Source: an uncultured delta proteobacterium
Lineage (GTDB): Bacteria > Desulfobacterota > Binatia > UBA9968
Direction of reading: 5' to 3'
Length of the DNA: 64,000 bases
Assembly: GCA_963745835.1 (NCBI GenBank)
Contig: CAVUZH010000003.1
Location: 1,184,001-1,248,000 of the forward strand
A program made the position numbers and the translations under genes. Each line of letters starts with the position of its first letter. The first letter of the stretch is position 1. The notes under the pieces were generated by a model that saw only the letters and a program-made list of their open reading frames with translations, had not been told where the DNA came from and made no database searches. This document shows positions 48,060-58,365 of this stretch, piece by piece.

Positions 48060-48374
48060 CTATGGGAAGCGTAGAAGTACAATTCCAATCACCACCAAGG
48101 TGATCCCGGCGGCAGCACGTCCGGATAATTGCTCACCGAACAAGAGCATTCCCAGTATAATAGCCAGCAGCGCCTCCAGCCCTAATACCAGGATGTAGCT
48201 CGAGCCGAGCTGTTCGTAGCGCATGGCGCGCGCTTGTATCAACGCCCCCGTGCTGAACAGCGCAGTGAGGCCCAAGGTCGGCAAAGCCTGCGTCAATCCC
48301 TGCGAATATTTCATTAGTGCACCGCCGGTGACATACATGATCGCGGCAATGGAATAGAGTACAAGCGTCTTCAT
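48060..48374 (-). CDS. SMR/DMT family small multidrug transporter
   Basis: 104 aa, four hydrophobic helices; MKYSQG and LFGEQLS motifs. Confidence 0.85.
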   Translation of the reverse strand: MKTLVLYSIAAIMYVTGGALMKYSQGLTQALPTLGLTALFSTGALIQARAMRYEQLGSSYILVLGLEALLAIILGMLLFGEQLSGRAAAGITLVVIGIVLLRFP

Positions 48375-48519
48375 TGGTGGGTCCGGTAAAGCTTAAATTG
48401 AGCGCTGAAGTTATGAGACCAAGTCGGGGATATTCCGTCGGCAAACAACAAGCACACCGGCAGGAGCGTAGCCCATGTCGCACTCAATCAGAGAATGCTC
48501 GAACTCGAAAGGATTTCGA

Positions 48520-48903
48520 TTAGCGCGCGTTCTTAGCCGCACGCGATAATGATCTTTTCGAAGCGGCGCGGCGGCCTTCACGGCGCAGCGCCTTTAAAGA
48601 TGCCCGTAAGCGCTTTTTCGAGACTGCTTTCTTTTTGGCGCAAGCCGGCCGCGTTTGACGTCCGCGGCGGCTTTCTTCCTGTTCGATTCCGACGTCTTCC
48701 CTCTGGCGGGCGGCGGGAGCTTCACCCCTTCTCGCCGCGCTTGGATAGTCCAATCGCAATCGCCTGATTTGTCGAACGCGCGCCGTGCTTGCCGCGGCGA
48801 ACGTGCTCAATCTCCCCCCGGACGAACTCCCCTGCTTGCGTGGACGGAGCCTTTCCTTCCGCTTGGCTTTGCGCGCTCTTCTGAGAGTTTGTTTCTCGGG
48901 CAT
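48520..48903 (-). pseudogene. Basic putative DNA-binding protein (DUF6496-like), frameshifted
   Basis: MPEKQTLRRA / GKAPSTQAGEFV.EEIEHVR.GKHGARS..QAIAIGLSK pattern split across frames; GGAGG RBS. Confidence 0.7.
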
Positions 48904-49042
48904 TGACGCACCTCCCATGTATCTTAACTCTCTCGAATTGTATTTCCATGCCGCTGCAGTACGGAGAGCCGGGACCAAGAGGGCTAAAGCTTGGCGCCAA
49001 TGAACCTGCCTCGATCGTTAGAAGCAACGACTCAGGGTAGGC

Positions 49043-49486
49043 TCATTCCTCTCTCGCCCAGATTTGGGTTCTACCTAGTAAAGAAATGCCGATGAAACCG
49101 CGGACGTGCAAGGTCTTGCCGCCGTCTTCAAGCTTCATCTTAGCGCGGTAGATCTTGCCGTTCTCTGGATCCAAAACTTCCCCGTTTTGATACTCCTCGC
49201 CTTGCTTCGTCATTCCCCACAAGATGGTCATGCCGATCACCGGCTGATCCCGGCGCGAACCGCTGCACTTATCGCACTTCGGATTGGGATCTTCACCAGG
49301 CTGCGGAAACGTCTTCTCTAATCTTCCTTGATATTGGCCGTTCACCTCGGTGATTCGGACTAGTCCCCGCGGCTTGCCGGTGCTGTCATCAATAGTTCTC
49401 CACAAACCTGTCGGCGAAGGCTCGGCCGCCAATGCGCGGGACGACCAAAGCGCGAGAATCAGCAGTAGCTGAACGAGCAGACCCAT
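49043..49486 (-). CDS. DUF2147 secreted protein
   Basis: PTGLWRTIDD, CDKC, LDPENGKIY and VRGFIGISLLGRTQIW motifs. Confidence 0.9.
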   Translation of the reverse strand: MGLLVQLLLILALWSSRALAAEPSPTGLWRTIDDSTGKPRGLVRITEVNGQYQGRLEKTFPQPGEDPNPKCDKCSGSRRDQPVIGMTILWGMTKQGEEYQNGEVLDPENGKIYRAKMKLEDGGKTLHVRGFIGISLLGRTQIWAREE

Positions 49487-49638
49487 AGATAACGTAAGTC
49501 GTCCTGTAGCGGTTCTGTTGCGGTAGGCGATGCCGGTGATCCGAAATCTCACAAAGCGTGACTGCTGGCGGCGCGCCGATAATCTTTTGAGTAGCGGCAC
49601 GACCCGGTCTGAACCGATGCGATCACGCAGTGGTCGAT

Positions 49639-50703
49639 CTATTTATTCACGCCATCGATCTTAAGGTTGTACAAATTGATGACGTTCTCGCGAACGACCT
49701 TCCTTAACACGTCTTTGGGCAGATGACCGAGCTCTTCGGCGATGACTTTACGGGAATCGGGCCATGTCGATGCCGCATGAGGATAGTCATTGGACCACAT
49801 AAACGTATCCTGGCCAAAATGATCCATCAGCCATCCGCCGGTGGGATCGCTGAAGAAGGTTGCGTAGACTTGCTCCGTGACATACTCGCCAGGAAGCTTT
49901 TCCATGAAAGGAAGCGGCATCTTGGTGCGAAAACGTTTGTAATATTTATCCCATTCATGCACGAAGAACGGCAGCCACGCGACTTCATTTTCAACGTAAA
50001 CCAATTTGAGTTTGGGGAAGCGCGCCAGGACGCCACCAAAAACTAAATCGAACAGACTATTGGCGGCATCCGTAAGCTTGGTATTGACAGCGGTGCGATA
50101 GGTATCGAGTCCCGTGCGTTCGAAACGGCTATAGTTGAATCCCGTCAGAATGTGCAGATTGACCGGCATACTCATATCCTGCGCCGCTTCCCAGAATGGA
50201 TCGTAATAGTCGCTGGTAAAGGGCAGATGCTCGGGCGGAACTTGCCAGATCAAGCAGCCGACCAAGCCTTCCTTCTTACAACGTTCCAACTCTCTGATGC
50301 CATTTTTGATGTTGTAAAGAGAGATCATCGGAATGCCCACGAGGCGCCCCGGAACGGTCTGGCAATATTCGATCAGCCAATCGTTCGCGATACGGAAACA
50401 CGCCTCCTGAAGTTCTGCATCCTCGAGCGCGAACAAGCGCAGCCCCAAAGTCGGATAAAGCACCTCCGCGGACACACCGTCAATTTCCATCTCATCGATG
50501 CGCGCCCGGGGGTTCCATCCTCCGGGTTTTTCACCGGGGGAATTTCGCGCGGGAAACTTTGGGTATTTCTCTTTGAGACCCGGCGGCAAATTCCTGTCCC
50601 ACAAATCCGCCGGCTCGATCACGTGTGAATCTGCCGATATGATGCGCTCGTTCCCCAGGACCGACTCTGGCGTCCGCAAAGCAGCAGCTGTGCTCATAGC
50701 CAT
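49639..50703 (-). CDS. Amidohydrolase_2 family protein
   Basis: ISADSHVIEP, LYPT and WSNDYPH motifs. Confidence 0.92.
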   Translation of the reverse strand: MAMSTAAALRTPESVLGNERIISADSHVIEPADLWDRNLPPGLKEKYPKFPARNSPGEKPGGWNPRARIDEMEIDGVSAEVLYPTLGLRLFALEDAELQEACFRIANDWLIEYCQTVPGRLVGIPMISLYNIKNGIRELERCKKEGLVGCLIWQVPPEHLPFTSDYYDPFWEAAQDMSMPVNLHILTGFNYSRFERTGLDTYRTAVNTKLTDAANSLFDLVFGGVLARFPKLKLVYVENEVAWLPFFVHEWDKYYKRFRTKMPLPFMEKLPGEYVTEQVYATFFSDPTGGWLMDHFGQDTFMWSNDYPHAASTWPDSRKVIAEELGHLPKDVLRKVVRENVINLYNLKIDGVNK

Positions 50704-50917
50704 ACCTCTCCTTCCCGTGATTGTCTCTTGTTTAGTCCATCCAAATCCGTTTGTCTACGAAAGGAGCCATCGGATAATTGAAGAGGGCAGCTTTCGACCG
50801 GTTCTTCGAATACTGAAGGAGAGATGGTTTACATGCTTCTCTTGAAGATGCGAGCATGACAGTTGCCATCGTTTCAACGATTGATGGCTCGGCAAACATT
50901 CGTGCAACAACGAGACA

Positions 50918-51616
50918 GTGACAACCGAATACCATCAACATCACGTAACCGGATCACGCCGTAGAATCTGGATCGCCATAGGAGTCCTCGTGGCGCTGCT
51001 GGGGATGGCAGCGGCATGGCGTTGGACGCCGTTGGCCGATCAGATCGACATCGGCAAAATTACCGCATGGGCTATTGCGCTGCGAAGGAACCCATCCCGT
51101 GTATCGATCATTCTTGGCGCCTATCTTTTCGGTAGTATTGTTTCGCTTCCGATTACGATTTTAATCCTCGCTACCGCCCTGGTGTTCGGCCCGATGGAGG
51201 GAATCATTTACTCGTTCATCGGATGTATGATCGGCGCCGGAGCAACCTACGCAATGGGCTATTTTCTTGGTAGCGACTTCATCCGAAAACTCACGGGAGC
51301 TAGATGGAAAATGTTGGAACGCAAGATCAACCAGACGGGAATCTTGGCGGTGGCAGCTCTACGCGCGATTCCGATCGCGCCGTTCACTGTAGTCAATATA
51401 ATCTCCGGCGCCTTTCAGGTGCCCGTTCGAGATTACCTACTCGGATCGCTGCTCGGTCTGGCGCCCGGAATAATCCTCACCAATCTCTTCGCGCACCAGT
51501 TACAGAGCGCCATCCGCAACCCCGGATTGGGCAGCTTTGTCTTGTTGGCCGTATTGGTGATCGTCAGCATTTTGGGAACCATCTGGTTGAGACGCAAGTT
51601 CAAGAGCAAAGACTGA
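50918..51616 (+). CDS. TVP38/TMEM64 (VTT, DedA-like) membrane protein
   Basis: LRAIPIAPFTVVN and YLLGSLLGLAPG motifs. Confidence 0.88.
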   Translation: MTTEYHQHHVTGSRRRIWIAIGVLVALLGMAAAWRWTPLADQIDIGKITAWAIALRRNPSRVSIILGAYLFGSIVSLPITILILATALVFGPMEGIIYSFIGCMIGAGATYAMGYFLGSDFIRKLTGARWKMLERKINQTGILAVAALRAIPIAPFTVVNIISGAFQVPVRDYLLGSLLGLAPGIILTNLFAHQLQSAIRNPGLGSFVLLAVLVIVSILGTIWLRRKFKSKD

Positions 51617-51657
51617 ACATGGCGCGCAGATGTGGCAGCAGCGAATCCCTTCTGTAA

Positions 51658-52407
51658 TCAGGGCCCTGTCAAGCGCATCCCTGCGTCCACCGGCAAAATT
51701 GCCGCAGTCACATAGGAAGCTTCATCCGATGCCAAATACAGCGCCGCATAGGCCACATCGTCAGGCTCGCCGATGCGACCAAGCGGAACTCGCGTCGTGT
51801 AGCGCGCCAATTTCTCCGGCGTCGATGTATCCACCATCGGCGTTCGGACGGGTCCCGGGCAGATGCAGTTCACTCTGATCTTGTCTTTGGCATGATCCAT
51901 TGCCATCGCCTCAGTCAACCTGATCAAGCCGCCCTTCGAAGCACAATAAGCAGCTCGCCCTGCCTGCCCGAGCATGCCGGACCGCGCGCCGATATGAAGA
52001 ATGACACCGCCGCCGCGCTTTTTCATTTCCGGTATTGCTAGACGCGAAACGACAAATGCTCCTTTCAGATTAACGTCCAACGTGCGGTCCCAAGCTTCCT
52101 CAGAAATTTCTGTGATACTCCCGTTGGTTCTGACTCCAGCGCTGTTTACGACGATATCGAGTCCCCCATACTGCTGGACGGCCGCCGCGATCAACGATTG
52201 CATCTGGTCTGAATCCCCAACATCTCCGGGACGGAACAGCGCTTTTCCTCCGTGTTTCTCGATCATGGCAACGGTTTCTTTACCCTTAGACTCGGTCGTC
52301 GAGGTTCCGGCTACAGCTGCTCCCTCCTTGGCAAACATCACAGCGATAGCCTGTCCGAGTCCTGATCCAAAACCGGTGATGAAGGCGACTTTTCCGTTCA
52401 ATTTCAT
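51658..52407 (-). CDS. Short-chain dehydrogenase/reductase
   Basis: TGFGSGLG, NSAG and YCASK motifs. Confidence 0.93.
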   Translation of the reverse strand: MKLNGKVAFITGFGSGLGQAIAVMFAKEGAAVAGTSTTESKGKETVAMIEKHGGKALFRPGDVGDSDQMQSLIAAAVQQYGGLDIVVNSAGVRTNGSITEISEEAWDRTLDVNLKGAFVVSRLAIPEMKKRGGGVILHIGARSGMLGQAGRAAYCASKGGLIRLTEAMAMDHAKDKIRVNCICPGPVRTPMVDTSTPEKLARYTTRVPLGRIGEPDDVAYAALYLASDEASYVTAAILPVDAGMRLTGP

Positions 52408-52721
52408 AATGTACGTTCCTCCTCAGTTGATGAGCATACAATCGACTGTTTCTCACGGTCAACTCGTTTGTACTAAAGGGTGATCCGTCGGGAAACATTT
52501 TAACAAACCACATGCCCCAGCACCTGAGAGACACGCAAATCTGACCTCAAAACGCCTTCGGCGGATTGATCTTTGTATCGGTGTGCCGCCCAGGATAAGA
52601 CTTGCCTGACCGCTGATAGCGGCGCCGAGCACCTTCGGCCATGCAACCGGCGGCGCCTTTCATTGACTGCATGCAACCGCCGTGTTACGAAGCACGGATT
52701 AATTTGTGCAACAGAAGTATA

Positions 52722-54182
52722 GTGAAAACCCCTGAATTCGAAGAACTCAAGTCACTGGACCTGCGCCAATGCGAGAGTGTCGGCGATATCGTCGCCGCTA
52801 TGAGATACTGCGCCTTCGGTGCAAGGATGCTGGGAGAAGTGGCCAATACGATTCGCCAGATGATCGTATCGAACGAGAACCAGATTATCATCTATGATGG
52901 CGTGGAAGACTCTCAACTCGGCTTGCTTTTGCGCGAATTCGTGAAAAACAAATGGGCTCGGAAGATACTTCTTCCGTCTCAATATGCCAAGCAAAAACCC
53001 AGCGGCGAAAACATCCTTGTCGTCGGGGGATTTTCAGAAAGATACGCCGACGCCATTTACACAAAGCCGGCGCGGGCGATTTTCATAAATCCATTCGACA
53101 TGGCTCGCCCGGGGCAGATCAAGGACGGTTACTTTCCCGATGCCGTTTTTGCCGATCCGCGCTACGTGGTGCCCGTGATTTACCGGGCGCTGGACGAATG
53201 GATCAACGGCCCGCGGACCTCTGTTGACACTCTCGTTACCGATCTCGCACGGTATGGCGGTGTCGCGACGCAAGTCTCGCGGGCAGCAAAAGCGTTGCAA
53301 GCGATGGTGCGCGACAGCGGGTGCGTGCGATTTCTGACTGTCAGCGGAGCCATGACGGTCGGCAAAATGGATTTAGTAATTTGCGATATGATCGAAATGG
53401 GTTTCGTTCAAGCCGTTTCCTCAACCGGCGCGCTCATGGCTCATGGGCTTGTTTCATCCATCGGACTTAAACATTACAAATACAATCCCGCTTATGATGA
53501 TACCGCTCTGGCCCGCCACAAGTTGAACCGGGTGACGGACACGCTCGAGCCAGAAACCAATCTAGACACTGTCGAGAAGGTGGTCGGCGAAGTCATCAAG
53601 CACATTGATGGCGATCGTTCGATTAGCCCGACCCAGCTAAATAAGGCGATCGGCAAATACCTCGCCGAGCATTATCCAAAAGATCGCGGTATTCTTAAGT
53701 CGGCTTACCTCCATGGCGTGCCGGTATTCGTGCCTGCTTTCGTCGACTCAGAACTCGGCAACGATCTTTATATTCACAACGTCCGGCGCAAGCGGCGTCG
53801 GAAGCAACCGATCGTGATGGATTTAGAGCTCGACAGCAAATTATTAATCGAGCTGGTCACAAACAATAAGCGATTCGGTATTTTATCGATTGGCGGCGGC
53901 GTGCCGCGAAACAACGTGCAAAACGTTGCGCCACTAATCGAGATCATCAACGAGCGGTTGGGAAGGACGTATCCTGAGCGCCGCTTTACCTACGGAATCA
54001 GGGTGTGCCCTGATCGTCCCCATTTCGGTCACCTATCCGGCTGCACCTATTCAGAAAACGAATCATGGCGCAAAGCAGTGAAGAACGGCATCTATGCCGA
54101 AGTTTTAGCGGACGCGACTCAAGTTTGGCCGTTTCTGGTCAAGTACCTTATGGGGAAACAAAAGGCCGGCGGCGTGAAATAA
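52722..54182 (+). CDS. Deoxyhypusine synthase family protein with extra N-terminal domain
   Basis: FLTVSGAM, STGA, NRVTD, PAFVDSELG, GGGVPRN and GHLSGCTYSENESWRK motifs; start set at GTG 52722 (uncertain). Confidence 0.85.
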   Translation: MKTPEFEELKSLDLRQCESVGDIVAAMRYCAFGARMLGEVANTIRQMIVSNENQIIIYDGVEDSQLGLLLREFVKNKWARKILLPSQYAKQKPSGENILVVGGFSERYADAIYTKPARAIFINPFDMARPGQIKDGYFPDAVFADPRYVVPVIYRALDEWINGPRTSVDTLVTDLARYGGVATQVSRAAKALQAMVRDSGCVRFLTVSGAMTVGKMDLVICDMIEMGFVQAVSSTGALMAHGLVSSIGLKHYKYNPAYDDTALARHKLNRVTDTLEPETNLDTVEKVVGEVIKHIDGDRSISPTQLNKAIGKYLAEHYPKDRGILKSAYLHGVPVFVPAFVDSELGNDLYIHNVRRKRRRKQPIVMDLELDSKLLIELVTNNKRFGILSIGGGVPRNNVQNVAPLIEIINERLGRTYPERRFTYGIRVCPDRPHFGHLSGCTYSENESWRKAVKNGIYAEVLADATQVWPFLVKYLMGKQKAGGVK

Positions 54183-54372
54183 ACGAATCCCCCCTGATAA
54201 ACAAATCTGATACATCAGAATTTACAGATCCCAGAGCGAGATCGAGCCGGACCTTACAGAGACTAAACGGCAGATACTGAGCGGTTGAGCGGAAGCTTAG
54301 AAAAGGCGCGCCGTATGCGGTTGAAGCCAGTAAAGCGGAGGCGAATCAGCAGGCAGTACGAGTTGTCAATCG

Positions 54373-54972
54373 CTACTTTTGTATTCCTAAAAGCTTTCGG
54401 CCGTATTCTTTAACCAGTTGCTCACGCTCTTCCGAAGGCGGCAAAGTTTTCAGACGGTCTTCGATGCGCCCGCGCTCTTCCTGTTTGAGGTCGCCCCAGC
54501 GTTCCAATCCCTTCTGAAGCGTGTCACGCTCTTCCGGGTCGAGAGGTTGAACAACTGGTTCGGCCATCTGACTGGAATCCGCCACAACAACCGCCGCTCG
54601 GTCAACTTGAGATCCCAGCACGACCGCCCGGTTAGGACGCCCGCGCTCATCATAGATGAGAGCGAAGTTCCTAAACCCAATGTTAGAAAGAAGGGAATAC
54701 ACGGCCGGCTCCAGCGGCGAACGTTCTAGCCGGAGATTCAACAATTTACTGTCAGCTGATGATGGCAGAGTAAACTGAAAGCCGGTCTTCTGTCGGAAAG
54801 CCTGAAGCGCGACAACGACAGGAATCTGATCGAAAGCAAAGGAAATATGGTCGTCGCGATATTCAACCCACTGCGGATAGAATTCCGAGGTTTGCGCGAC
54901 GGCTGCTTGGATACCGACACTAGCTAGAGCTAGACACCCGGCGATGGAGGCAATTATGGAATGTTTTTTCAT
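54373..54972 (-). CDS. Hypothetical secreted protein
   Basis: Signal peptide (AAVA-Q), GAGGTG RBS, helical charged C-terminus. Confidence 0.7.
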   Translation of the reverse strand: MKKHSIIASIAGCLALASVGIQAAVAQTSEFYPQWVEYRDDHISFAFDQIPVVVALQAFRQKTGFQFTLPSSADSKLLNLRLERSPLEPAVYSLLSNIGFRNFALIYDERGRPNRAVVLGSQVDRAAVVVADSSQMAEPVVQPLDPEERDTLQKGLERWGDLKQEERGRIEDRLKTLPPSEEREQLVKEYGRKLLGIQK

Positions 54973-54997
54973 CGATCACCTCTTTTCAGGGCCGAGC

Positions 54998-55013
54998 AGC
55001 AAGTCCTGTGCCC
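54998..55013 (-). promoter_or_regulatory. Sigma54 -24/-12 promoter
   Basis: GGGCAC-N5-TTGCT on the minus strand, 25 nt before the ATG at 54972. Confidence 0.6.
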
Positions 55014-55562
55014 CGTCCTGCGCAATCGAAAATCGTTATAGAATTACTTGCTTGGAAGCTTTTAGCGGACGAGCCTCTATAGCCCTGAAGGGAGAAAAAG
55101 AACACTTTTGTAGCACAAAGGAGTAAAGCAGCCAAAGCCACCAGCTGGGAGAAATATCTTCGATGTGGCTGGAGCGCTGGTACCGTAAAACAAGAAATTG
55201 CTGCGGTGTTTACTCCTAGGCCGAAGGAGCAGACGTTCTTTCCTTTGTAAACACTTGTCACCGTCGACATGCGACAGCGATGCCCCTGCTGCTGACAGCA
55301 ACGATGCGAAGACTCCTCCAAAATCGACCGACAAAGAAAGTTACCGTTTCGTTTATCGCAGGAGTCCTCTCTTCGTCTGAAGAATAGTTTGACGCTCTAA
55401 TAACGCAGCTATCTTCGATGAATATCGCTAACATCTCAGAGCCTTTCACGATTGCCGATTTTTTCCACTGCCTGTGTGGCTTAGTTTCGCTGCCGCAGAG
55501 ATCTTTGCTGGCTGTCTAAAGAGAAGTTTGCTAATAATGAAGTCGCCCGCGCACATCCTCGA

Positions 55563-56849
55563 TTGCAGGAAAAATTTTTGGAAGAACAACTCACAGAGTC
55601 CGTAGCAACTTCAAGTCAGGCACTCCCTAAGCGTTTCCAATTTCGAACTTTTTCGTCCCTTGGCTACCTAGACTACCGCTATCTTTGGACCGGGACTCTC
55701 ATGATGAGCGCCGGGCAATGGGTTCAACAGGTAGCGCTGGGCTGGCTCGTCTATGAACTAACCGGCTCTTCGGTATTGCTGGGATTATTGAACGGGCTGC
55801 GTGCTCTTCCCTTTCTAGTGACCGGACCGATAGCGGGTGTGGCCGCGGATCGCATGGACCGGCGACAGTTGATGCTGCGCACGCAGTATGTGCTGATCGG
55901 TACCGCATTCCTCATGGGCGCGCTCGTGGCATCCGGGTGGTTACAGGTGTGGCACATTTTTCTGTTTACTTTGATTACGGGAATAGGTTGGTCGTTTAGC
56001 GAACCCGTGCGCCAGAGCCTGATTCCTAGCGTTGTTCCTAAAGCTGAACTCGCCAACGCCATCGCGCTCAACTCCGCGGGCTTCAATCTTATGAAAGTTC
56101 TCGGGCCGGCGCTTGGGGGGGCGATGATCGCAGTTTTCGGCGCCGCCGGAAATTTTTGGGTGCAGGGCGCGGCATACGTCGTTGTTCTGTGGATGATTCA
56201 ATTGATGCACGTCCCCCCGACCCACGCCAACGCGCTCCGCGCTTCCGCGTTGGCCAATCTCAAAGAAGGATTCGCATATGTGCGGTCTACGCCTACCGTA
56301 CTGGCGCTGATGATCCTGGCCTACGTTCCACGCATTTTCGCCGTGCCCTACCAAACCTTGATGCCGGTTTTCCAAAAGGACGTGTTGCAAGTCGGTCCTG
56401 AAGGGCTGGGTCTGTTGATGGCTGCGCCGGGGCTCGGAGCGGTGTTAGCGGTGCTGACGCTCGCATCGATATCGAGCAGGGTCAAACGGCAAGGATTGAT
56501 GCTAATCGCAAGCACGATCATGCTTGGCTTATCACTCGTAGTATTTTCCCAAATAACCTCTTTTCATTTGGCGCTCATTGTTCTAGTCATCGCCGGCGCA
56601 TTTCAAATGGTGTTTCTTGCGAGTACCAGCACAATGCTGCAGCTCATAGTTCCGGACGAGCTACGGGGCCGGGTGATGAGCCTGTACATGCTTGATCGCG
56701 GTCTGATGCCCGCAGGCGCATTGTTTGCCGGAGTTGTCGCGCACGTCATCGGCGCGCCGTTGGCCGTGACTTCTATGGGAGCGATTGTTGTTGTACTTAC
56801 GCTGCTGGTAGCGTGGCGCGTCCCTCACATCAGGACTCTTGAGAGCTAA
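55563..56849 (+). CDS. MFS transporter (MFS_3/DHA3-like)
   Basis: About 12 TM helices; AGVAADRMDRR and VPDELRGRVMS motifs. Confidence 0.92.
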   Translation: MQEKFLEEQLTESVATSSQALPKRFQFRTFSSLGYLDYRYLWTGTLMMSAGQWVQQVALGWLVYELTGSSVLLGLLNGLRALPFLVTGPIAGVAADRMDRRQLMLRTQYVLIGTAFLMGALVASGWLQVWHIFLFTLITGIGWSFSEPVRQSLIPSVVPKAELANAIALNSAGFNLMKVLGPALGGAMIAVFGAAGNFWVQGAAYVVVLWMIQLMHVPPTHANALRASALANLKEGFAYVRSTPTVLALMILAYVPRIFAVPYQTLMPVFQKDVLQVGPEGLGLLMAAPGLGAVLAVLTLASISSRVKRQGLMLIASTIMLGLSLVVFSQITSFHLALIVLVIAGAFQMVFLASTSTMLQLIVPDELRGRVMSLYMLDRGLMPAGALFAGVVAHVIGAPLAVTSMGAIVVVLTLLVAWRVPHIRTLES

Positions 56850-56966
56850 ACGGAGTGAAGATCTTTTTTGTTTATCAAGACGCGAGCAGCTGAAGCTGGG
56901 ATGACATCCTAACCTACCGACGTGCTCTACGGCCCGACACCGGTCATCGCGAATGAAGACGCAGGT

Positions 56967-57617
56967 TTAACCTGCCGCTGACTTTGGCGGCACTTGGCCC
57001 TGCTGCAATGCCGAGATCACTTCTTCGTCCTCAATCTGAGAAAAGTCGGCGAAGAACTGTCCTACAGCGTGAAATTTGCTTGGCACTTTTAGACAGAACG
57101 CAGCGTCACATTCTCGGGCTATCGCCCGCGCCGCTTCGGGCGAAGCTACCGCCACTGCCGCGATGAGCTCCTTCGGTATCTGGGCACGGACTGCTCGCAA
57201 CGCCGCAACCATTGTCGAGCCCGTAGCTACGCCATCATCGACCACGATGACAATGCGACCTTGAGGATCGATGGGCGGACGCAAGGGTGTGTACCGGGCG
57301 CGACGCTGCCGCAAAGCTGCAAGCTGCCGCTGCTTCTCCGACTCGAGATACTCCGGATCCACCCGAGCGGCGTAGTCGGTTACGATCGCGTTCCCGCTGT
57401 CGTCGATTGCGCCGATCGCCAGCTCGAGTTCCTCTGGGTGACTAAGCTTATGAACTAGGACGACATCCAAATCGCCTCCGAGCGCGTCAGCAATGACCTT
57501 TGCCATCGGCACAGCGCCCCTCGGAATTCCGAGAACCAACGGATGCTTGTTCTTATAGACTCTCAGCTTTCGAGCCAGCAAGCGCCCGGCGTGGCGTCGG
57601 TTTCGAAATAGCCCCAT
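56967..57617 (-). CDS. Phosphoribosyltransferase family protein
   Basis: FRNRRHAG, IPRGAVP and VVDDGVATGST motifs. Confidence 0.92.
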   Translation of the reverse strand: MGLFRNRRHAGRLLARKLRVYKNKHPLVLGIPRGAVPMAKVIADALGGDLDVVLVHKLSHPEELELAIGAIDDSGNAIVTDYAARVDPEYLESEKQRQLAALRQRRARYTPLRPPIDPQGRIVIVVDDGVATGSTMVAALRAVRAQIPKELIAAVAVASPEAARAIARECDAAFCLKVPSKFHAVGQFFADFSQIEDEEVISALQQGQVPPKSAAG

Positions 57618-57958
57618 TGTCCGATTTACATCCGTTTGCTTATGGCAGGTTCAACTTGGTTAACCGCGATTTCGCAAAATCGATCAGAGGACCGTCGCCG
57701 CCGGGAGGTCATGCCTTCTTCCTCTCTAAACTCCACACGAATTGCAACGTCAAGATCGCCCAACGCTAAGGCTTTATCCAACGCCATTCGACGTGCGGCG
57801 GCAATCGGTTATGACAATCGGCCCAGCCAACGGTGCTTCGACAAAGTCGAGCTGCGCGGTGATCAAGCACGCGCCTACTTCTGAAAGCGCTCAGCCTTCC
57901 GACGAGGATTATATGAAAGACCCACTGACCCGTGCTTGAGATTTGATGTGGCAGAAAA

Positions 57959-58049
57959 TGGCGGAGAGAGAGGGATTTGAACCCTCGGTACCCTTTTGAG
58001 GTACACACGCTTAGCAGGCGTGCGCCTTAGACCACTCGGCCATCTCTCC
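57959..58049 (-). tRNA. tRNA-Ser(GCT)
   Basis: GGAGAGA/TCTCTCC acceptor stem plus GCCA, anticodon arm CACGC-CTGCTAA-GCGTG, long variable arm, GGTTCAAATCC T-arm. Confidence 0.97.
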
Positions 58050-58295
58050 TTGAAGGCAACTAATGATGATCGGCAATATGACCGGAAACGAATTGAGCCC
58101 TTGGGCGTTCCGATACCACTCCCGGAACTCATTTCAAGCTAGCATAGGACCGCCCGATTCCACAATCCCCAGCAGTCCTGTTCACCCGCTGCCGAATTAC
58201 GTTTCTGCTTACGCCAACTCTGCCGCGGTGAACCTACGCATCATCCAAGTACTGCCGGGCGAGGGTTTCCATCAGGATGCGCGCCGCAACACGGC

Positions 58296-58338
58296 AAAAA
58301 ACGATGAAAGCTGGTTCCGCAGGTGAACCAGCTTTCAT
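58296..58338 (-). terminator. Intrinsic terminator after the ABC operon
   Basis: 14-bp perfect stem ATGAAAGCTGGTTC/GAACCAGCTTTCAT followed by a T-tract on the minus strand. Confidence 0.75.
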
Positions 58339-58365
58339 TACAGCCATCGGACAACCTGGCGGAAT

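Noticed and set aside
57866-57936. Purine-riboswitch-like start (CATATAATCC...TTTC) on the minus strand downstream of tRNA-Ser
   Set aside because: The P3 stem and conserved loop-loop residues are not found; TATAAT may simply be a -10 box.
57620-57958. Integrative element at the tRNA-Ser 3' end
   Set aside because: No integrase and no duplicated tRNA 3' end seen in the window.
57959-58049. Long-variable-arm tRNA as tRNA-Sec for the grd genes
   Set aside because: The anticodon is GCT with a normal 7-bp acceptor stem, so it is tRNA-Ser.
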